In this document: positions 25,921 to 34,900 of the stretch, piece by piece | How the letters are laid out: each line of letters opens with the position of its first letter | How positions within the stretch are numbered: the stretch's first letter is position 1 | Source: Prevotellaceae bacterium | GTDB lineage: Bacteria > Bacteroidota > Bacteroidia > Bacteroidales > Bacteroidaceae | Direction: 5' to 3' | Assembly: GCA_030536165.1 (NCBI GenBank) | Contig: JAUNQM010000001.1 | Span: 251-37,628 of the forward strand | DNA: 37,378 nt | Made by a program: the position numbers and the translations under genes | Notes under the pieces: model-generated | The model's database searches: none | What the model was told of the DNA's origin: nothing | What the model saw: only the letters and a program-made list of their open reading frames with translations

Positions 25921-28900
25921 CTATTTCGACAATGGGTTTTTCTTCAGAGGATTCGCCTTCGGAGCCAATGGGTTTGGCTTCGCTGCCAGTGGGTTAGCCT
26001 TTGGTGCTCCCGAAGGTTGTGGAGTTTCGCTGCGCTTATTAAACAATGCGTTGGTCTTTGGTGCCGCAGTTTTTTCTGCGCTGCGCTCGACGAGATTTGC
26101 TATCTGTCGTATGGTCGGAGCCTTCATTATGTCAGCCACAGTGACTCTGACGTTGTGCCCCTGAGTGATTGCCATCGACAATCGCATAGCCAGAAGCGAC
26201 GTGAGTCCGAGTGAAAGCAGGTTGCTCTGCACGCTGATGCGCTCAACCTTGAGCATTTCTTCGAGTCCTTCAGCCAATCGACGTTCGATGTCGTTGGATG
26301 GTGCTATGTACTCGTCGGCTGCGATTTCTGGCTCTGGAAGTGCCCGACGGTTGATTTTTCCGTTAGGGAGTCGTGGCATTTCGTCGAGTTTCATGTATGC
26401 TGAAGGGTACATATAGTCAGGGAGTGCAGATGCTTCTACCACCTTCATGATGTCGGTATCGGTAGTAGCGGCATCGACAACAGTGTAATAGAGGGCTATC
26501 ATTGCTGTTCCGTTGACTTTCTTCACGGCAGCTACGACCTCGTTGATACCTTGCGTAGCCATTGCCACACTCTCGATTTCGCCGAGTTCGATACGATAGC
26601 CACGCACCTTGACCTGTCCGTCGATACGTCCGAGACAAAGCAACTGACCGTTGTCGTCGTAGCGTGCGAGGTCGCCAGTGTGATAGAGTCGTACTGGTGT
26701 GCCGTTGATGTTTTTATCTACAAACGGACAGTCGCCATATACTTTTGCTGTCTGCTCTGGCAGATGCCAATAGCCAACGCCGACCTGAATACCCGCGATG
26801 CAGAGTTCGCCTATTGCACCGTAAGGCACGAGTCGTCCGTGATTATCGACGATGAAGCACCAGCTGTTTGCTACCACGTGTCCGATAGGTATGTCGGCAT
26901 ATTCCTTGTTTTCTTCCATAGGGAACACGCTGATGTGGTCGGTACATTCCGTCGGGCCATAGAAGTTTAGTATCTGTGCCTTGCGTGATATGACGCCTGT
27001 GAGCTTCTCTCCGATGGCACTGATGTAGCGCACAGGGAGCTCGAAGTTATTGGCAATGAGTGCTGCGATGGATGTTGTGTATCCTCCACCAGTGATGTTG
27101 TGGCGCACGACGAAGTCATAAACAGCCTGCAAGTCTTTGCGTATTGACGATGGCATGATGTGCAGACTACCGCCGAGAAGTAGTATTGGGTAGAGGTCTT
27201 CGATATGGCTATCGAATGAGAATGAGCGGTGCGAGCTGATGCGGTCGGATGGTGTGAGCTGCAGTTCTTCCGTCGTAGAGAGGATGTAGCTCATGAGTCC
27301 GAGGTGATGGAGCACGACGCCCTTTGGCTTGCCTGTTGAGCCAGACGTGTATATTATATATGTGTAGCAGTCCGGTGTGCAGAGGTTGATAGGCTTGTAG
27401 TCTTCTGTCCAGTCTATTTCGTCGAGGAAGAGGATCTTGCCGTTGTCAAGCATTGTCTGCAACATGTCGAAGCCTGCTGTCCCACGTTTCGTGTCGAAGA
27501 CGTCGTGGGTGGTGATGAGTATTGGTGCTTCGCTGTTTTCGAGCATATAAGCCAGTCGCTCTACAGGGTATTCGAGGTCGAGAGGCAAGTATGCCGCCGC
27601 TGCCTTGTGGATGGCAAATACGGATGTAGGGAAGTCGATGCTTCGCTCAATCATCACACCGATGAAACTCTGCTTGTGCGCACCCTTTTCTATGAGTTTA
27701 TGCGCGAGCAGGTTGGAGCGATGTTCGAGTTCGGCGTATGTGAGTTGGCGTGTGTCGTCGTCAACAGCGAGATTGTCAGGCACCTCGTGAGCCTTCGCGA
27801 TGAAGTAGTCGAGATACGTCTTAGAATAATCAAACGGCATATCCTTGCCTTTCGAGAGACGTATGACCTCAGCCTTGTCGGCTTCAGACATGAGCGATGT
27901 CTCTGCCACCTTGCTGTCTATTGCCGATGGCAGGCTGGTGAGCAGATGCTGCATGGTCTGCATGACGGTCTGCATGCGACGGTCGGAATAGAGGTTGCCG
28001 TCGTACATCATGTTTATGCTCATCGACATGTTTGCATCGTCGAGGGCTATGACGAGACGCAGTTCGTTGAATATCTCTTCATCGTTCTGGAGCGGACGGA
28101 TGTTCATCTTTTCGCCGATAGCGTTGACGGTATCCTTACCAGCGTAGTTCTCGAAGATGAGAGTGCTCTGGAGCAGGTTGCTGCGGAGCGACGACTGCTG
28201 CTGTATCTCTGCCAGTGAGCAGTAGTCGTGGGCTGCCGAGTCGGCTGCCTGCTGCTGCAATGACTGGAGCGCAGAGAGGACGGTCGTATTGTCTTCGGTG
28301 CGCACTCGTACTGGTATAGTATTGATAAAGAGTCCGACGAGGTCGGCAACGTCGCCATGATTTCGCCCAGACACGACCTTTCCGAATATAGCGTCGGAGT
28401 TGTTGTTGAATATGTGGAGAGTTGTTCCCCATACGTATTCCATGATGGTGTTGAGCGTTATCTGATGACGGCTGCAGATGTCGTGCAGCTGCTGCATTGT
28501 ATCGCTGTCGATGTCGAGCGTCAGGCTCCGTGCTATGCGTACAGCCTCTGTCTCTGGCTTGTAGGAATATGGGATGATGGCTTTGTCGGTATAGTCGGCC
28601 ATCAGTTCTTTCCAGTAGGCGAGTGACGACTTCTTGTCGAACGCGAGGAGGTTGCGCACCGCTTCCTCATATCTGCCCGATGCGGCGGCGACGATAGGAT
28701 GCTCGTTGCCAGCCATTGCGTCGAGGAGGGCGCCGAGGAAGTCTTGGAAGTAGATAGGTTGGCACCATCCGTCGATGATGATGTGATGGGTGATTAGGAG
28801 TATGTGGCACGAAGTGTCGGAAGTCTTTAGCACCACTACGCGATAGAGTGGTGACGACTGGAGGTCGAACGATGCAGCCAGTTCCTCACGGTGTATGCGC

Positions 28901-31900
28901 TCGGATGTGGCAAGGATGTCGCCCTCGTAGGATATGTCGATATATCGGAGACCGAGCTTTCGGTCGATGATAGCCTGGCAAGGAGCATCGACGCCGCGAT
29001 AGATGATGGAGGTGCGGAACACCTCGTGCTTGGCGGCGATGACGTCGAGGGCATAGCGCACCTGCTGCTCGGTAGGCAGAATGCTCAGCTCGTAGCGGTT
29101 GATGAGCACGTAGGCAGAGGTCTTAGGGTCGTTCATATACTCAAGGAGTATGCCCTCCTGCATAGGGGTGAGAGGGTAGATGCGCTGTATGGTCTCGCCA
29201 CGATCGGCATATTGCCGGCTGATGCTCTCATACTGAGCGTCGGTCCAGCCAATGGCACCGAGGTCGGAAGCCGTAGGCTCGGTAGCCTTCACTGAAAGGG
29301 TGTGGCTCACTATCTCCTCAAGCTGACGGCAGAAACCGTCGGCAATGGCGCGGGCTTGCTGAGGGGTATATACCTTTGTGTCGTAATCGACATTGATGTC
29401 GAACACTCCTTCGATGATGGTGCAGTTAATCATATAGGTGACACCCGTCTCGCCCTCGGTGTTGACGGAGAGCCCCGTATCGACAGCGTCGGCAATCTTG
29501 AAGTCGCCCATAGTGTCGGCAGACTTCACGTCGCCGAGGTAGTTGAAGCCGAGACACTCGGTGAGGTCGGTGCGGAGGTTGGTGTCGTCGTCGAGCGATG
29601 GGATATATTGCAGTATGCCATAGCCGAGACCCTTGTTAGGCACAGCGCGGAAGGTCTCTTTCACGAGACGTACATCGTGGCGGACATCGCCGTTGAGTCC
29701 TTCGACCACGACAGGATACATAGAGGTGAACCAGCCGACGGTGCGGTCGGTGACCAAAGGTTCGTGGATAGGTTCGCGACCGTGCCCCTCCATCATAAGG
29801 CTTGCACTGTCGTTGCCAGTCACGTTGCGGTAACTGCGCAGGAAGGCAGCGATGAGGAGGTCGTTCTCCGTAGTGTTGTAGGCATCGTGGGCATCGGTGA
29901 GAAGATGCGACAGACAGTCGTTGCTATACTGGATATTGAATCGGCTGAAATGCTCTGCGCTGCCACCGCCTTGAGGCAGGGTGGTCATCTTCCTCTGCAC
30001 ATTCTCCCAGTAAGGCTTTTCGAGACTGAGCTTATAGCTGTCGCGATAGCGCTGGATGGCTTCGGTATAATATTTGAACGAGTGGGTCTTTTTAGGCAGG
30101 GAAACCTCCTTGCCGGCAATAAGCTGGTTGTAGGCGAGGATAAGGTCTTCGGTGATAACTCGCCACGACACTCCATCCACTGCCATGTGGTGGCAGATGA
30201 GCACGAGGACATCGCTTGCTGGAAGATGATATACCCCGACCTTCATCACAGGGCCATGCCTGAGGTCGATAGCGGCATGCATCTTTCCTGCATGTTCGGT
30301 TATCTCGTCCTTGCTGCTGATGGTGAGTTCTGCGAAATTGTAAAGAGTGTGGTCGGTGTCGTTGATAAAGATTTTGCCATCTTCTGCCCTCATGCGGAGC
30401 ATATCATGATGTATTGCCACTGCATCTAAGCTCTTGCATAGTGCATCGATGTTGATAGGCGTAGCCGATTCGATAGCCACACTCTGGTTGAAGTGTTCGG
30501 CGTGAGGCAGGTTCATATTGAAGAAATAACGCTGGATAGCACCAGGGAGAATTTCGCCTGTGACAGTCTCTTGGGCGATATTGCTTTCTGCACCTATCTC
30601 AGCCGAAGCAGCGATAGCCTTTACCGTCTTATGCTTCATCACGTCAGCCACGGTGAGCTGTATGCCTTTTTGCCGCAACATGCTCACCAGGCGGATAGAC
30701 TTGATAGAGTCGCCGCCGAGCGAGAAGAAGTTGTCCATTGCTCCCACCTTGCTGTCAGTGTTCAGTACCTGTGATATACATTCAGCCACGGCAATCTCTT
30801 TCTCGCCAACAGGCTCAACATATTCCGTCTGCTCTATCACTGGTTCAGGCAGTGCCTTCGTGTTTACCTTGCCGTTAGGAGTCAGTGGCATCTCGTCGAG
30901 TTGCATATATACATCTGGCACCATATAGTCTGTGAGCTGGGCTGAAAGGTGTTCATCCAGCGATGCTGTGTCGATGTTTGTGTCGGCAGAATAGTATGCA
31001 ACAAGATGCTGCACACCATTGACAGTTTTTACCAATACCTTTACGAGCTGAACGCCGCCATAGCTTGCTATCTGCGACTCAATCTCGCCAAGCTCGATGC
31101 GGAAACCACGGAGTTTCACCTGTGAGTCGATACGTCCGAGGTATTCCAACTGCCCTTCTTCGTTGTAGCGAACGAGGTCGCCAGTGTGATATACTTTCAC
31201 ATTCTTGCCGCCGATGAGGAGAGTATTGAATTTTTCTTCGGTCAAATCCTGTCGGTTCCAGTAACCTGCTGCCATCTGTATTCCTGCCATACAGAGTTCT
31301 CCTGCAACACCGTCTGGCATCAGATTGCCGTATTTATCAACGACGTATGCTGCCGTATTGTCCAACGGACGACCGATAGGGATATTGCTGTATTCGCGGT
31401 TTGGTTCGAGTTTGTAGATAGTGGCATCTACGGTAAACTCGGTAGGACCATAGGAATTATACAAATCGCACTTGCAAGGCAGGTTCATGGTCATCTTTTC
31501 GCCACCCACATTGAAGTAGTCTAACTCCATGTCAGGATATTGCTGGAGCAGGAGCATACCAAACTGTGTAGAGTAGCCGCCGCCCGTAATGCCGTTGTCG
31601 ATGATAAACGAATGCAGTACGTCGATGTCCTTTCTTGCCTCCTGTGGAACTACATACAGAGTACCTCCGACTGTCAGAACAGGGTATAAGTCTTCAACCG
31701 AAGCATCGAACGAGAACGATGAGTGGCAACAGATGCGGCTGTTCTCAGTGTGGTGGAATAGCTTGGCAATGAAGTGTATGAAGCTTGTCTTTGCACGGTG
31801 AGGAATCATCACACCCTTCGGCTTTCCTGTTGAGCCAGAGGTGTAAATCATATAGGCAAGACCGTCTGGGGTGGCAAGGTTAAGGGTTTCTGGTTTCAGG

Positions 31901-34900
31901 TTTTTTGTTTCAGTTTTCAGGTCATCGATGAAGATGATATTCTTTGCCGTGAAGTCATCGCCTTGTGAAGTTTTCTCATTATATATATTATGCGATGTGA
32001 TGAGCACTTGGCTCTCGCTATCCTCAAGCATATAGAGCAGACGGTCGTTAGGATAGTCGTAGTCTAACGGCACGTAAGCATATCCTGCACGCTCAACGGC
32101 AAGTGCTGCAACGAGGAAGTTTATCTCGTAGCCAAGCATGATGCTCATAAACGGATGCTGACCAGTATTCTCACCTACGGTGTCTAACAGTTTCTTTGCG
32201 AGTGCATTTGAGAGGGCATCCAACTCTCCGTAAGTATAGCTGCTCTTACCATCAGATACAGCCACAACATCCTTTCTCCTTTCAGCCTGAGCAAGGAAGA
32301 GGCTGACAAAGGTGTCGTTCTTGTCATATACAAGTTCATCACCTTGCGACTGACGGATAATTCTCTCTGCTTCTGACGCAGAAATCAGTGGCACGGCAGT
32401 AGCTACATTGCCCTTCACACAATTCTCAGCAAATGTCTTGAATGCCATGCTCAGTGTCTCCATGTCTTTACGATTGTAGATAGTGGCATCGTATTCAAGG
32501 AAACTCTGATATTCTCCCTTGTCATTGCTAAGTATCGTGATTGAGAGAGGGTTCTTTGCTGTATCCCAGTTTAGGTTGCCATAGTTACCAGCCTGATTGT
32601 CTAAGACAATGTCGGTTTCCAAGTCAACGAAATAGTTATATACGATATTGACACCGATGTCGTGGCGGGCAACCATTTCTTCGAATGGATAGAAATCGTT
32701 GTCGATGGTGTTACGCATTTGCGTATCGATGTCCTTCACTATCTCCGCCATCGGACGCTTGAAGTCTGTGCATACTGATGGCAGCGTCTTCACGAATACA
32801 CCAAAGAAATTATCGAGTTTCAGTTCTGCACGACCATTGCTGATGAAGTGGATGAGAGTCTTGTCCTCACGCGTCAGACGATGAAGCACGGCATGGAACA
32901 CGCTCATAAAGAAACTGCTCGGCAGCAAAAGGTTCTCCTTGCAATACTTGTTTATTTCTGCGGAAACGATGTCGGTGCTGATTGTGTCGTAGCGTTTTCC
33001 TTCGTCGAGTGTTGACGAGTGTGGATAGTCTGTTGTTTCCACACCGTCTAAGAGCGTATCGAAATACGTTTCAGCCTCCTTGCCTCGTTCCGACTCGATA
33101 AGTTCCTTCTCGTCGATTGCACGGTCGTATGCCGTATATACTTCCTTCTCCAATGGCTTCCCCTCAAAGGCTTTCTTCAGTTCGAAGGCAAGCACCTGGT
33201 TACTCGTACCGTCGCTTATCAGGTGGTGAATGTCGATAAGGAGCGATGTCTCGTTCTTGTAATGGAAGATAGTGAAACGGTAGAGTGGGTCATTCATCAA
33301 GTCGAATGGTCGCACCTGACTCTGGAAGAATGCTTCATCAGGGCGAGTGTCGAGTGTCACTTCCGTGATGATAGGCTCGAGGGTGTCGTCTCTGTGCTGC
33401 ATCACCTCGCCATCGTGCTCCTTCAGTCGGCAGTTGAGGTATGGATGTGCGTAGAATACTTCCTTGACAGCGTTGATAAGGCGATTGGAATCTACGTCAA
33501 CGAATGTGGAAACACTCGGAATGTTATACATGATAGCATCAGGATGCACGATGCAGTCGAAATACATACCCTTCTGCGTCTCGCTCATAGGATACCATTC
33601 GCGCATCTCGTGTGGCTGGAGCGGATTCTCCTCTGCAACCACGATGCCGTATGCCGTCTTTACCAACTGACTAATCACTGGGTGCTTCATTATGTCGCGC
33701 GTAGAAAGCTGTATATCGTTACGTGCGAAGATGGCAGACAGACGTATGGCTGCGATAGAACTGAGTCCTACCGACACAAGGTTTGTCTCAACGCCAAACT
33801 CCTTCGTGCCGAGCATCTCGGCTATGAGGTTCCACATCTTCTGTTCCTGCTCATTGCGAGGCATCACTATCTCCTCGGCCTTCATCTGTGGCTCTGGCAA
33901 TGCCTTGACGTTGGTCTTACCGTTTGGAGTCAGCGGCACTTCGTCTATCTGCATATAGATGTCTGGTATCATATATTCTGCCAGCGACGTGCCACGCAGA
34001 GCCTCCTCTATCTTCTCGGCAGTGATAGCCGCACCATCGGCCACTGTATAATAGAGTATCAGATGGTCCATACCGCTAATCTTTTTCACCACGGCAATGG
34101 CCTTCTGTATTCCTTCTATGGTTTCAGCCTGCGTCTCAATCTCTCCGAGTTCCACGCGGAAACCATTTATCTTTACTTGGTTGTCGATACGTCCGAGTAT
34201 CTCCACCTCTCCGTCGGCAGTCCAGCGTGCAAGGTCGCCTGAACGATATACGCGCACTCCGTTGTACTCAACAAATCGCTCCGCCGTCATCTCTGGCAGG
34301 TTGTTGTAGCCGCGTGCCACACCAGGACCGCCAATGAGCAGTTCGCCAGCAATGCCGATTGGCACTTCACGGTCGAACTTATCGACTATGTACTCTACAT
34401 AGTTGAGCAGCGGCCTACCTACCGTCACACGCTTTGCATTCGTAAGGTTGGCTATGTTTGATGAAACGGTAATCTCCGTTGGTCCGTATGTATTGATAAT
34501 CTCAACCCCCAGCGACTGCAACTTCTCCAACAGCGACTGAGGATACATCTCACCGCCCGACCATACCATCTTGCACCTGCTGATTGCATCGCAGAACTCT
34601 GGCAACTCCAGATAACTCTGAATACGTGAGCACGTGCCGTTGATAGCCTCCGCGCCTGTCTCGTTCATGAGTTTTGCAAGGAGTATAGGGTCTATCACCT
34701 CCTGCTCGTCGGCAAGCACGGTCGTGATGCCGTTGTAGAGTGAGCCTGCAAACTCCTTCAGCGACATGTCGAACGACAATGTGGTAATCGACACGTATGT
34801 CTTCACGCCAAGACGCTTCAACCCTGCAATATGAACATTTGCCGGATGGTTATACAGGTAGTTAGTGATACCCACATGTCGCAGCATCACTCCCTTTGGC

